A DNA stretch of 64,000 nucleotides from Candidatus Iainarchaeum sp. (GCA_028686985.1 JAQUBA010000001.1:81194-145193); one strand, 5' to 3'; positions 44,971 through 54,441 are shown, counted from the stretch's first letter. The notes: generated from the letters alone by a model not told the origin. Program-made: numbers and translations.

Positions 44971-45375
44971 TCATTTCTTCACTTTCTTGAACTTGAAGCC
45001 GTAGTGGATTAGCCCCTCAGGGTCGTTGCTCTGTATCTTCCTGAAGACCATCTCCACCTCGTCCCCTATCTGCATGTCCTTCTTCAGCACGTCCACAATC
45101 TCCCCGGTGCAGCGCGCCCCTTCGGCCAACTCCACGATTGCCATCACGTAGGGGATCTGCTCCTCAAAGCCCGCAGGCGGCGCGTGGATTTCCGTGAATG
45201 AGAACACCCTTCCGCGCCCGGAGAACTGGTAAGACTCTATTTTCCCCTTCCTCCTGCATTTCGGGCAAACGTGCCTTGCAGGGAAATAATGGCTATTGCA
45301 GTTCTTGCACAAGCTCCCCAGAAGCCTGTACCTGTCCGGTATCTTCCTCCATGTGAGCGGAATGGATTCCTTCAT
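44971..45375 (-). CDS. DUF35 Zn-ribbon/OB-fold protein (scaffold of the archaeal thiolase/HMG-CoA synthase complex)
   Basis: CKNCNSHYFPARHVCPKC, followed by an OB-fold region. 0-nt spacer to the thiolase gene. Confidence 0.8.
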   Translation of the reverse strand: MKESIPLTWRKIPDRYRLLGSLCKNCNSHYFPARHVCPKCRRKGKIESYQFSGRGRVFSFTEIHAPPAGFEEQIPYVMAIVELAEGARCTGEIVDVLKKDMQIGDEVEMVFRKIQSNDPEGLIHYGFKFKKVKK

Positions 45376-46539
45376 CTAGTTCACCCTCTTGTAGATATGC
45401 ACGACCGCGGTAGCACCGCTGCCCCCGACATTGTGGGAAAGCCCGATGTCCGCTCCGGAGACCTGCCTCTTCCCGGCCTCGCCCTGCAATTGCCAACTGA
45501 TCTCAACGGCCTGCTTTATGCCAGTGGCACCCACGGGATGCCCGCACGCCTTCAGCCCGCCGCTCGTATTGACCGGAATCTTCGCCCCGATCTGCGTCTC
45601 CCCATTAAGGGAAGCTTCCCCCCCCTTCCCCTTGGAGAAGAAGCCCAAATCCTCAATCGCCATCAGTTCCGCAATCGTGAAGCAGTCATGCACCTCCGCA
45701 ACCCTGATTTGGGAGGGGGAAACCCCCGCCTGCTTGTAAGCCGCTTGCGCCGCAATCTGCGCTGCCTTCACCCCAGCGATTGAACTCCTGTTGTGCAGCG
45801 CAATCGTGTCGCTCGCCTGCGCGCTCGCGACAATCTCAATCGGAGTGTCCGTGTATTTCTTGGCAATGTCAAGCGGCGCCAGCACCACGGCCGCCGCCCC
45901 GTCCGTGAGCGGCGAGCAGTCCAGTATCTTGAGCGGGTCCGCCACCATCTTGGAGTCCAACACGTCCTGTATCGTAATCTCGTTCTGGAATTGCGCGAGC
46001 GGGTTCATGCTCCCGTGCTTGTGGTTCTTTACAGCAACAGAGGCGAGCATCTCCTCCGTCGCCTTGTAATCGTGCATGTACCTCCTCGCCATCATCGCAT
46101 ACAATCCGGGAAAGGTGGCCCCGAGGAAAAGTTCCCATTCCTGGTCACCGGCCCCTCCCAGTATTTCGCTGACTTCCGCGGTGTCCAGGTCGGTCATCTT
46201 CTCAACCCCACCGACCACCACCACGTCGTGCATTCCGGATGCAACTGCCATAAGCCCCTGCCTCAAGGCAAGGCTTCCCGATGCGCACGCGCCCTCCACC
46301 CTGGTGATGGGAATGGGGTTCAATCCCATATAATCCGCAATCAGGGCCCCGGTGTGCTCCTGCCCAATCAAGCTCCCGGCAGCCATGGTCCCGACATACC
46401 CTGCGGAAATCTCCGCCCCGGACATGCCCGCATCCTCCAGCGCCTTAACCCCCGCTTCTGTGACAAGGTCGCGGAATCCCCTTTCCCAGTGCTCCCCGAA
46501 CTTCGTCATCCCCACTCCGACAATTGCGACTTTCCTCAT
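45376..46539 (-). CDS. Acetyl-CoA C-acetyltransferase (archaeal thiolase)
   Basis: [23 protein letters not shown] (active Cys), GHPVGATG. Internal ATG 10 nt after the HMGCS stop. Confidence 0.85.
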   Translation of the reverse strand: MRKVAIVGVGMTKFGEHWERGFRDLVTEAGVKALEDAGMSGAEISAGYVGTMAAGSLIGQEHTGALIADYMGLNPIPITRVEGACASGSLALRQGLMAVASGMHDVVVVGGVEKMTDLDTAEVSEILGGAGDQEWELFLGATFPGLYAMMARRYMHDYKATEEMLASVAVKNHKHGSMNPLAQFQNEITIQDVLDSKMVADPLKILDCSPLTDGAAAVVLAPLDIAKKYTDTPIEIVASAQASDTIALHNRSSIAGVKAAQIAAQAAYKQAGVSPSQIRVAEVHDCFTIAELMAIEDLGFFSKGKGGEASLNGETQIGAKIPVNTSGGLKACGHPVGATGIKQAVEISWQLQGEAGKRQVSGADIGLSHNVGGSGATAVVHIYKRVN

Positions 46540-46549
46540 CAGTACCACA

Positions 46550-47590
46550 TCACATGCCCTTGAACTTCCTTCTATACTTCGCGTAAGTCGCGTAATCCAC
46601 ATATTCCTTGTGCGCTATGAACTCGGAGACCGGCTTGCCCCTTTCCCTGTTCTTTATCCTGTCCGTGACCTTTATGGAAAAGGCGTCGCTGCCCGCGCCG
46701 CTCCCAAAGGAAGTGACAAATATCCTGTCCCCTGCCTTCGCGATGTCCAATACGTTCGCAAGCCCAAGTGGGGATGCCCCGGAATAGGTATTTCCGATAT
46801 TAGGTGTGAGCAGCCCGTCCGCAATCTTCTCCGGAGGCACGCCCAACATCTTCGCCACCGCCTTCGGGAATTTCCCGTTCGGCTGGTGGAACACGAAATA
46901 ATCGTAATCCTCAACCTTTGTGTTCATCTTCTTCATCAATCCAAGAGCCGCGCTCTTCACGTGCCTGAAGTACGCGGGCGGCCCCGTGAATCTCCCTCCG
47001 TGCGAGGGATAATCTGCTTTATTCCTCCTCCAGAAGTCCGGAGTGTCCGTGGTAAAGGAATGGGTGTCCTCTATTATCGCAAGGGATTCCCCATCCTTCC
47101 CTATGATGTAAGCAGCCGCCCCGCAGCCCGTGGAATATTCCAGCGCATCCCCCGGCCTTCCCTGCGAGGTGTCGGCCCCAATCGCCATCCCGTATTCCAT
47201 CATTCCCGAGCCAACGAGGCCCATGCACATCTGGATTCCCGCGGTGCCCGCCTTGCATGCGAATTCCAAATCAGCAGCAGTCAAATCAGGTGTCGCCCCA
47301 ATCGCCTCCGCCACAATTGTCGCCGTGGGCTTCACGGCATAGGGGTGGGATTCGCTCCCCACATAGAGCGCCCCCAGTTTCTTGGGCGCAATCCCAGCCC
47401 TCTGGAGCGCAATCTTGGCAGCCTCAACCGCGAGCGTTGCAGCGTCCTCGTCGCTGGACGCAATCGCCTTCTCGTTTATGCCCAGCCCCTTCTTTATGCG
47501 GTCCGGGTCCTCGCCCCAGACCTGCGCAATCACTTCGCTCTTAATCCTGTATTTCGGAACGTAAGCGCCATATCCGACAATGCCAACCAT
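46550..47590 (-). CDS. Hydroxymethylglutaryl-CoA synthase (archaeal type)
   Basis: [24 protein letters not shown] (Cys), [18 protein letters not shown]. Confidence 0.85.
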   Translation of the reverse strand: MVGIVGYGAYVPKYRIKSEVIAQVWGEDPDRIKKGLGINEKAIASSDEDAATLAVEAAKIALQRAGIAPKKLGALYVGSESHPYAVKPTATIVAEAIGATPDLTAADLEFACKAGTAGIQMCMGLVGSGMMEYGMAIGADTSQGRPGDALEYSTGCGAAAYIIGKDGESLAIIEDTHSFTTDTPDFWRRNKADYPSHGGRFTGPPAYFRHVKSAALGLMKKMNTKVEDYDYFVFHQPNGKFPKAVAKMLGVPPEKIADGLLTPNIGNTYSGASPLGLANVLDIAKAGDRIFVTSFGSGAGSDAFSIKVTDRIKNRERGKPVSEFIAHKEYVDYATYAKYRRKFKGM

Positions 47591-47594
47591 AAAA

Positions 47595-47750
47595 TCATTC
47601 CTTCCTTCTCTTCCTCGCACTCGTATCAATATCCGGCTTATGCACAGCCCCCACCGGCCCCTGCTCCTCTTTAACCGGTATCATCTGGAGCCGGGAGAAT
47701 GCAAGCGTTTTACCATAGGATTTCTGCGCTTCGGCCATATGGACAACCAT
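47595..47750 (-). CDS. Candidate 51-aa small ORF between the HTH regulator and HMGCS
   Basis: The ATG directly follows the regulator TAG (TAGATG). It reads [54 protein letters not shown], ending 4 nt before the HMGCS ATG. No family recognised, so it may be non-coding leader. Confidence 0.25.
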   Translation of the reverse strand: MVVHMAEAQKSYGKTLAFSRLQMIPVKEEQGPVGAVHKPDIDTSARKRRKE

Positions 47751-48440
47751 CTATATCTTGTTCAGTCGCTCTTTTATTTGGCTCACTTCAAGGTTGGTGG
47801 CGATGAGCGGAACCTGTTCCTTCTCCGCAATCTTCACCGCCAATTTGTCCACCTTCTTCTTGTCCAGCCCGTGCAGGATTACCGCAGTTGGCTTGGACGG
47901 GCTGAGCCGAATGACCACCATCGGGCTTCTCCCAGTGGAAACTCCGGTAAAAATCATCGCCCTTTCGTTCATGTTCCCGTAAATCCCGGTAAAGAAGTTG
48001 GAGGGCATCTCCAATATGACCTTTATGGAGTCTATGAGGGTATATCCATAGAGCTTCTTTCCCTCAACCATCCCTTCCCCCAGTATTATCTCCCCTTCTA
48101 TGAGCTTGATGAAGTCCGCCAAATCCACGCTGCGCGCGAACTCGTGCACCTCAAAATACTGGTCAGTGGTACTCTTCCCCTCCATCATTTTCTGCGTCAC
48201 AATCCCGCCGTGCGCCGCATCCAGCTCAAAGAGCGCATTCACGAACCTCTTTATGATGCCCGCGCCGGGGGATTTCCTCCTGTTGCTCTCGTAATCGCTT
48301 ATAGTGGATACGCTAATCTTCAGGTGCTTGGAAAGCTCTGCCTGCGTGATGCCGAATATCTCCCTCCACTTCTTCATGGTGGAGCCCGGGTCCTCGGAAA
48401 GGCTTATTTCCCCGGCTATCTTTAGCTTAAGCTTATCCAT
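47751..48440 (-). CDS. XRE-type HTH transcriptional regulator with a C-terminal domain of about 150 aa (archaeal COG1395-like)
   Basis: FGITQAELSKHLKISVSTISDYESNRR is a classic HTH_3 motif. Confidence 0.75.
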   Translation of the reverse strand: MDKLKLKIAGEISLSEDPGSTMKKWREIFGITQAELSKHLKISVSTISDYESNRRKSPGAGIIKRFVNALFELDAAHGGIVTQKMMEGKSTTDQYFEVHEFARSVDLADFIKLIEGEIILGEGMVEGKKLYGYTLIDSIKVILEMPSNFFTGIYGNMNERAMIFTGVSTGRSPMVVIRLSPSKPTAVILHGLDKKKVDKLAVKIAEKEQVPLIATNLEVSQIKERLNKI

Positions 48441-48447
48441 AAGTATC

Positions 48448-48478
48448 AGGGTTTAATTCCCGCAAAACCCTATATAAA
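48448..48478 (-). promoter_or_regulatory. TATA box (TTTATATA on the minus strand, 48478..48471) followed by inverted repeat AGGGTTT-N10-AAACCCT (48448..48471), upstream of the HTH regulator gene
   Basis: The 7-bp perfect arms lie exactly between the TATA box and ATG 48440, which is operator-like geometry. Confidence 0.45.
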
Positions 48479-48505
48479 GCTTCCTTTTAGCCATATATGC
48501 ATACG

Positions 48506-48967
48506 TTAAAAGACGGAAATTCCATTCTCGGGGCCCGCCCTGGTGCCTTCCGGGCCATGCTTCCCGGCAGACATCCGGTCGCATGCGGCAATCTTCCTGT
48601 TCAGCACCTTCGCATACCCGCCCATTTCCAGGGCCAGCCCATACTGCTCGCGTGCCAGGGCAACCGCGCGCCCGGGTTGCCCGTTTGCCGCATCAAAGTA
48701 GCGGTCCCCCGCGATTTCATGCAACCTGCCCGCACGCCTTCTGTCATTCCTGCTATCCGAGGCGGCACGCGCAAAAGCTTCACCCGCACAGAACTCATAG
48801 CGCGCCTTTCTGCGTGCATCGGTTGCGCCCGCGGCGAGGGCGGCGAAATGTTTCCCGCGCTCAACATTGGAAAGCCCCTCCACCAGCACCTTCCTGCCGC
48901 GGTGGGCCCTTCCGTGCGGCTTATGGGCGGCAACCCTTCCCGCTTCCATGGCCCTGTGCTTTGCCAT
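48506..48967 (-). CDS. Hypothetical Ala/Arg/Gly-rich helical-repeat protein (paralogue P4, 153 aa)
   Basis: MAKHRAMEAGR...; repeated AG(E/D)x(F/Y) hairpin motif (CAGEAFARAA, IAGDRYFDAA). Preceded by AAGGGATTTGA-ATGGCA. Confidence 0.55.
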   Translation of the reverse strand: MAKHRAMEAGRVAAHKPHGRAHRGRKVLVEGLSNVERGKHFAALAAGATDARRKARYEFCAGEAFARAASDSRNDRRRAGRLHEIAGDRYFDAANGQPGRAVALAREQYGLALEMGGYAKVLNRKIAACDRMSAGKHGPEGTRAGPENGISVF

Positions 48968-48977
48968 TCAAATCCCT

Positions 48978-49727
48978 TCAGTATCCCAAATAACCCTCAT
49001 ACTGCGGTTCGGGCCTGCCGGTCACCTGCTCATAGGTGCCCACGAAATCTTGCTTTCCGGATTCCCTCTCCGCCTTCGCGTCCAGCCTTCCGGCCCTCCC
49101 AGGCTCTGTTTTCCTCACAAGGTTCGCGGCAAGCTCGTACTGCTTCCTCGCATCTCCGTGCCTCGTGGTATAGCCGCCTTCCGTGCCGTCCAGTGCCTTG
49201 CTGAAGGCGTCTCCCGCCCTCTCGCGCAGCCCGGAGGCCACGGATTTGTTCTTTGCGAGCGCAGCGGCCTTAGCGAACATTTCTCCTGCCCTTGCCATCC
49301 TTGCAAAGAACCTGGCGCGGAGGTAGTGCTCCCCGGCCTCCACAAAAAGGCCGAATGCCATCCCGGGCTTGTTGCGCTTCGCCGCCTCGGCCAGCTCCTT
49401 CAGCCTTATCGCGACATCGACAGTGGTCTTGATGGAGGATTTGGCCCGCCTTACGAGGGACGCAACTGCGGTTTCCTGCTTCCGCTCCCCCCCGCGGCCA
49501 AACCCGCGAAGGAGCCTCCGCATCTCCCGCCAGTTCCGCATGGACCCGTCCGCCAGCGCAAGTATTTCCGCTTTCTGGCCGGGGGTGAGGCGTCTGGCGA
49601 AATCCTGCCCCCCGAACCTCTCCCTCATGCGCCCGATTTCCCGTTTCAGCTGTCCATCGCTGCCAGCCGCCTTTTCCAGCTCATTGAGCAAATCCCCTCC
49701 AGCCGCAATAGTCCTTTGTTTTGCCAT
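48978..49727 (-). CDS. Hypothetical helical-repeat protein (paralogue P3, 249 aa)
   Basis: MAKQRTIAAGG...; AGEHYLRARFF, AGEMFAKAAAL, AGDAFSKAL. TGATG overlap with P2. Preceded by GAGGGGATTTTG-ATGGCA. Confidence 0.55.
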   Translation of the reverse strand: MAKQRTIAAGGDLLNELEKAAGSDGQLKREIGRMRERFGGQDFARRLTPGQKAEILALADGSMRNWREMRRLLRGFGRGGERKQETAVASLVRRAKSSIKTTVDVAIRLKELAEAAKRNKPGMAFGLFVEAGEHYLRARFFARMARAGEMFAKAAALAKNKSVASGLRERAGDAFSKALDGTEGGYTTRHGDARKQYELAANLVRKTEPGRAGRLDAKAERESGKQDFVGTYEQVTGRPEPQYEGYLGY

Positions 49728-50110
49728 CAAAATCCCCTCATTCCCCCCCAGTTCGCCGCGAGCTCCGCGGGAGTCAGCCCGTAGGTCTCAATCAGCACTT
49801 CCGCCCTTTCCCTCAGCATCTCGGCCTGTTTCTTGAACCTCTCCATGCCTTCCCCGAGCGTGCCCACCATCAGCCAGCACCGGGCGATGTTGCCTGCCGC
49901 CCTCCTGATTTCGTATTCCGGGTATCCGCAGTCTTTCATCCTCACCCTCTTCCCAGGATTGCGGGCCATCTCTATCTCAAGGACAAACCTCTCGGTGCAG
50001 CTTCCCCCGGTAATCCTTCTGCGGTAGGCCTCCCCTGCGGAGCGGATTGCTGCCGCGCCCTGCACCCCCACAACCGGCTCTTTTCCAACGGTTCTAGTTT
50101 CAAGTGCCAT
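49727..50110 (-). CDS. Hypothetical protein (paralogue P2, 127 aa)
   Basis: MALETRTVGKE...SAGEAYRRR...LIETYGLTPAELAAN. Internal ATG 10 nt after the P1 stop. Preceded by TAAGGGATTTGGC-ATGGCA. Confidence 0.5.
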   Translation of the reverse strand: MALETRTVGKEPVVGVQGAAAIRSAGEAYRRRITGGSCTERFVLEIEMARNPGKRVRMKDCGYPEYEIRRAAGNIARCWLMVGTLGEGMERFKKQAEMLRERAEVLIETYGLTPAELAANWGGMRGF

Positions 50111-50120
50111 GCCAAATCCC

Positions 50121-50894
50121 TTATGCCTTAAGCTCGTCCACTTCCTGCATGCTGTCCCCCAGCCTGTAGCGGAGATTGTTGTTGATGTGCTCCAGCACCA
50201 TCCGGTCTTCAAGCAGCTGGGGCGCATGCTTCAGCATGACAGCACGCAGCGAGGAAATGAATTCCGGCGCGGTCTGGCCGCAGTATTCCGGGGCTTTCTT
50301 CCGGAAAACCGCGATTATTGCCGCAACTTCCGCCTCCTCCGCGCTTAGCCCGTGCTTTTCAACCACTGCCTGCCCTGCCTCAGGGTATTGCTGCATCCCG
50401 GCCGCGGCTTCGAGTATTCCCGCAAAATTGATTCCCTTGGGGAAAAGCCCGTTGCTCACGTATGCCTCCATTTGTTTCCTGCTTGTGGGTTCCGAAGCCG
50501 AGTGGGTAGCAAGAACCACGATTGCGAGCCTTTTGGTCCTTTTCAATTCCGAAGCGGCGTCCAGCCCGTAGGTCCTGACGAGGGCATCGGCCTTCTCGTC
50601 CTCGCCGCGGCTCCTCCAGAGCCCGGCGACCTCCGCCGCAGCCTCGAGTATTCGGTGTTCGGCCTCTTTGGAATCTATCCTCCTGGAAGGGTCGGTTGCC
50701 ATAATCCTTCTCGTAATATAATAAATCTCGCGGCCAAGCCTTGTGAAATCCTGCACTTCGCCGCCAACGCGTGCCATGGGTTCGCCCGCCGCTCCTCCCC
50801 AGCGCCCAAGAGGCTTGGGGGATTGGCTCCCGCATCGCCTTTCTTCCGGCCGCTTCCCGGCCCCATCCTTTCCTGCGAATCCTTGTTTTGCCAT
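50121..50894 (-). CDS. Hypothetical protein (paralogue P1, 257 aa)
   Basis: MAKQGFAGKDG...LVRTYGLDAASELKR...VEKHGLSAEEAEVAA. Preceded by GGGGTTTCTAT-ATGGCA and a TATA-like TTTAATAA about 35 nt upstream. Confidence 0.55.
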   Translation of the reverse strand: MAKQGFAGKDGAGKRPEERRCGSQSPKPLGRWGGAAGEPMARVGGEVQDFTRLGREIYYITRRIMATDPSRRIDSKEAEHRILEAAAEVAGLWRSRGEDEKADALVRTYGLDAASELKRTKRLAIVVLATHSASEPTSRKQMEAYVSNGLFPKGINFAGILEAAAGMQQYPEAGQAVVEKHGLSAEEAEVAAIIAVFRKKAPEYCGQTAPEFISSLRAVMLKHAPQLLEDRMVLEHINNNLRYRLGDSMQEVDELKA

Positions 50895-51015
50895 ATAGAA
50901 ACCCCAGCTTCTTTATGTGCCAAAATCCTTATTAAACAGATTATTAGAGATAGGACAACATAACAAAACGGCAAAACAGCATAATTAGGATAAGATAAAA
51001 GGAAAAATTGCCGCC

Positions 51016-51246
51016 TCACTCGTCGTCCGCGGCAAGCTCTACCATCTTCATCGTGATTCTCTTCTTTTCCTTCTTCGCCCTCATGACGAAGTACTCCCCG
51101 CCCTTCAGGTTCAGGGAATCCCTTATCTCCCGGGGTATCGAAACATAATAAGACGTCCCGTCAGGCCTGAGATAGCCCTTCACGAGGACCATTTTCGAAT
51201 ACTTTTCCGGCTTTTTGGTCGTTTCATCGTTTTTCATGTCATGCAC
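51016..51246 (-). CDS. SpoVT/AbrB-domain DNA-binding protein (76 aa)
   Basis: YYVSIPREIRDSLNLKGGEYFVM is the swapped-hairpin AbrB signature. TATA-like TTAAATATA about 30 nt upstream. Confidence 0.65.
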   Translation of the reverse strand: MHDMKNDETTKKPEKYSKMVLVKGYLRPDGTSYYVSIPREIRDSLNLKGGEYFVMRAKKEKKRITMKMVELAADDE

Positions 51247-51354
51247 CTTATGCTTAATATGTTATGCATGCTGGTTATATTTAATGGTATGTATCGTAAT
51301 AACATAATACGCCTGAGCAGCAAGGTGCAATTATCGGTAATTTATGCCGGAAAA

Positions 51355-51894
51355 TCAGAGGTCGTCCAAATCCAGGTCGTACCCCGATAGGCTAAGATCA
51401 AGAGAGAGGTTCGCCCTGGGCATTATCCTGGCATATCCCTTTATGGAGCTGGAAAGCAAATCGTACGCGAATTTGTACCTGTTCACCATGTATTCGCCCT
51501 CCCTCTCGGTGGGGGCCGCCCCTCCGGAAAGGAAGGAATCGCAGCGGGAGAGGTATTCCTCGGCCACCTCCAGCGGCGTCCTTGCCATGGCGGCCCAACC
51601 CCCAATCCTTTCGCGTTCCTCGGGGCCGCACCTCTCCATGTCGCCGTTCGCCCTGAAAATGAGGCGATTCACTATCCTCTTCAGCGCATAAATGGAATCC
51701 CTGAAGGTGCGCACATCATCCATGGTGGGGATGCCCTGCGGATACGGCATTCTGTTCACTTCCCCGTCGGGGCCCAGAACCCTCAGCCTGGGCACGCCTA
51801 TGCATGAGGGGAGCGCGAGGAGGGCTGCCGAGGCTAGCGCCCCGCGGAGGAGTTCCCTGCGCGTAATGCCGGCGGCATTTTTGATTGTGTTCAT
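51355..51894 (-). CDS. Hypothetical Tat-signal lipoprotein
   Basis: ITRRELLRGALASAALLALPSC is a twin-arginine motif plus lipobox Cys. TATATAAA about 28 nt upstream. Confidence 0.6.
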   Translation of the reverse strand: MNTIKNAAGITRRELLRGALASAALLALPSCIGVPRLRVLGPDGEVNRMPYPQGIPTMDDVRTFRDSIYALKRIVNRLIFRANGDMERCGPEERERIGGWAAMARTPLEVAEEYLSRCDSFLSGGAAPTEREGEYMVNRYKFAYDLLSSSIKGYARIMPRANLSLDLSLSGYDLDLDDL

Positions 51895-51999
51895 AATTAT
51901 ACTTGTGTGTAATAAGATTTATATACCCGATTCATCCGGGCTCCGCCGTGTTTTTAATATAATGTGGCGCGATTAGGTGCATAAAGCGGAAAACCGCTG

Positions 52000-52470
52000 A
52001 TGGTGCAGGATGATTTTATGGCTTTCAGGCAGGATGTCAGGGAGGTTCGGGGTCCAGGGAAATGCGCGGAATGTGCAATTGGAGGCCCATTGCTCGCATC
52101 TCCACCCGCAAAGCCCAGGAGCCGGGAGGAGGAAGTGAAGCTTTTTGGGCAGCTCATGGCTGCGATAAGAACCTTGGATGTGGACGGCGTGAGGACTGCC
52201 GTTTCTGCCGGAGCGAAATTGGACGGCAGGGATGAGCGGGGCCGTAGGCCTCTTTTCCTGGTCCGGGAGATGGATGACAGCCTTGATCATGCATTTGCTG
52301 AAATCGGGCGCAGAAGCGGGGGCGGAGTCGTTGATGCCGTGCTAGTCGCAGTGGATCCAGAACCCGGGCGGGAACCCGCAACGTTGCCCAAGCTTGGCAC
52401 CATTCTTGGTGAGATGGAAAAACTCGATAAGATAAGAGACATTCTTGAGCATCACGGGGCGGCGGAATAG
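52000..52470 (+). CDS. Hypothetical protein with one ankyrin-like repeat
   Basis: LMAAIRTLDVDGVRTAVSAGAKLDGRDERGRRPLF. Host-like codon usage. Confidence 0.45.
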   Translation: MVQDDFMAFRQDVREVRGPGKCAECAIGGPLLASPPAKPRSREEEVKLFGQLMAAIRTLDVDGVRTAVSAGAKLDGRDERGRRPLFLVREMDDSLDHAFAEIGRRSGGGVVDAVLVAVDPEPGREPATLPKLGTILGEMEKLDKIRDILEHHGAAE

Positions 52471-52541
52471 CCCGTTTCTCCCTTCCAGCTCCCCCCGCCG
52501 CCTTTAATATCCTTTTCAAAGAAAATCCCGCAGGTGACAAT

Positions 52542-52868
52542 ATGGCAAGAAACCCGTGGCTTGCGCTCTTGATGGCGTTAATCCCGATAGTGGACCTGTA
52601 CATCCTCTACAAATGGTGGGAGGAGCTGAAAACAGCTACAACGGCGGATTATGACCCGATAATACGGCTCATACTATGCCTGATTCCGCTCGTGAATATC
52701 TACTACCTCTGGAAGCTGTTCGCGGACGTTGAGAAGGCGTCCATGGCGAAGGGCAAGGGCGGGTTCGCGCTCGGGGCCACCGTGATGTACATACTCTCGT
52801 TCCTCCTGGTGGTGCCCTTCCTGTACATGTTCTACAAGACGCAGGTGCTGCTCAACGGAATGGGGTGA
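52542..52868 (+). CDS. Small membrane protein with duplicated IP(I/L)V(D/N)(L/I)Y(I/Y)L(Y/W)K motif (DUF4234-like)
   Basis: Two copies of the motif (IPIVDLYILYKW and IPLVNIYYLWKL) plus a third TM segment. TATA-like TTTAATAT about 30 nt upstream. Confidence 0.6.
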   Translation: MARNPWLALLMALIPIVDLYILYKWWEELKTATTADYDPIIRLILCLIPLVNIYYLWKLFADVEKASMAKGKGGFALGATVMYILSFLLVVPFLYMFYKTQVLLNGMG

Positions 52869-52869
52869 G

Positions 52870-52900
52870 TTTTTCCTTTCCCTGTTTTCTTTTCATTTTC
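52870..52900 (+). terminator. T-rich tract (archaeal oligo-T terminator candidate)
   Basis: TTTTTCCTTTCCCTGTTTTCTTTTCATTTTC lies immediately after the stop at 52866..52868. Confidence 0.4.
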
Positions 52901-52937
52901 CGTCATCTTTTTATATTCCCGAAGCCCAATCCAGCCC

Positions 52938-53843
52938 ATGGACGAAGTGAAGGATTTCAATTTCCAGAAGGCGCCGGAGCTCTCCGAGCTCATAAACGCA
53001 TATGGTGATGCGGGCTTCCAGGCATCCGAACTGCGCAACGCAGTGGAAATGATGAAGAAAATGAAAAAGGAGAAGTGCACCATCTTCCTCGCATTCACCG
53101 CGAACATGGCGGCTTCCGGGCTGAGGGGAATCTTCACCCAGATGGTAAAAGAGGGCTGGGCGGACGCAATCATCACCACCGGCGGCTCGCTTGACCACGA
53201 CATGATCAAGGCGTATGATTCCTATTTCCTCGGCTCCTTCTCCGCGGACGATGCGAAGCTGCACCGGGAGGGCGTGAACAGGATAGGGAACATACTTGTT
53301 CCCAATGACAGATACGAATTATTGGAGGAAAAACTCAAGCCCGTATTCGCCGAACTCGCAAAGCGCTCGCCCGTTTCCCCCTCGGAATTCGCATTTGAGA
53401 TGGGACGGGTGATTGAAAGCGAGGGCTCCTTCCTGAGGCAGGCATACAAACGGAAGGTGCCGGTCTTCTCGCCGGGCATAACCGATTCGGCCATCGGTCT
53501 CCAGTCATACTTTGCAAAACAAAAACACAGGGATTTCGCAATAGATGTTACGAAAGATATGAAGGCGCTGGCGGACATCGTGCTGAACGCGGACAAGACC
53601 GCGGCAATAGTCCTGGGAGGGGGAATCTCCAAGCACCATACGATAGGGGTTAATCTGTTGCGTGGTGGATTAGACTACGCACTCTATGTATCCACCTCGG
53701 AATCCTACGACGGGAGCCTGAGCGGCGCCCCTGCCTCCGAAGCAGTGAGCTGGGGAAAGATTTCGGAAGGGGGCAAGCACGTGACCGTGAGGGCGGACGC
53801 GACGCTCGCATTCCCGCTCATCTGGTATGCGGCAAGGGAATAG
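52938..53843 (+). CDS. dys: Deoxyhypusine synthase
   Basis: AIITTGGSLDHDMIKAY...GVNRIGNILVPNDRY...GGGISKHH...EAVSWGKI. Confidence 0.85.
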   Translation: MDEVKDFNFQKAPELSELINAYGDAGFQASELRNAVEMMKKMKKEKCTIFLAFTANMAASGLRGIFTQMVKEGWADAIITTGGSLDHDMIKAYDSYFLGSFSADDAKLHREGVNRIGNILVPNDRYELLEEKLKPVFAELAKRSPVSPSEFAFEMGRVIESEGSFLRQAYKRKVPVFSPGITDSAIGLQSYFAKQKHRDFAIDVTKDMKALADIVLNADKTAAIVLGGGISKHHTIGVNLLRGGLDYALYVSTSESYDGSLSGAPASEAVSWGKISEGGKHVTVRADATLAFPLIWYAARE

Positions 53844-53877
53844 CAATTCATTTAACTTTTCCGAATGATACTAACCC

Positions 53878-54387
53878 ATGTTTGACGTTCTTGCTGCGGT
53901 AATCTCCGGGGGCTCAATCAAATTCGTTGATTTCATAGAAGACGAAAAGAAGGGGAAAGGGCTCCTCAAGTGGCCCATTGCGCTCATCGCGGGGCTCGCG
54001 TTCGGTTACGTGCTCTCCTTCTCCCCGGCGTCCTCCATGTTCCTCGCAATCCTTGCCGCGCAGGTGTTCATGGGCAAGGTGGACAGGGTGGCCCACGGGC
54101 TTGCCGTGATAATCGCGGTAATCACCGCCCTTTTCTACGGGCTTGGCCCCATGGACCTGCAGCTGATGGTCGCGTTCTTCATACTCTCCACAATGGACGA
54201 AGTTCCGCTGGAGGGCGTGCTTGCGCCCCTTGGCGAATACCGGCTCTGGCTCAAGGGGGGCACCCTTTGCGTCGGGCTGATAACCGGCGCGTGGAGCTAT
54301 TTCATACTCATAATGGCGTTTGACATGGCCTACCTGACCGTCGCCTACTACCTGGGCGAGGGGATAAGGCCCATGAGGAGGAAATGA
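53878..54387 (+). CDS. Hypothetical membrane protein (about 5 TM)
   Basis: Hydrophobic ORF with no recognised family. Confidence 0.5.
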   Translation: MFDVLAAVISGGSIKFVDFIEDEKKGKGLLKWPIALIAGLAFGYVLSFSPASSMFLAILAAQVFMGKVDRVAHGLAVIIAVITALFYGLGPMDLQLMVAFFILSTMDEVPLEGVLAPLGEYRLWLKGGTLCVGLITGAWSYFILIMAFDMAYLTVAYYLGEGIRPMRRK

Positions 54388-54441
54388 GGGCAAGCGGCCC
54401 GGCCTGCGAATACTTTTATATTACTTTTCAAACCAATCAGG

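Noticed and set aside
44971-47590. The DUF35/thiolase/HMG-CoA synthase operon, considered as a novelty.
   Set aside because: This three-gene arrangement is the established archaeal mevalonate-pathway entry complex. It is noted as a feature only.
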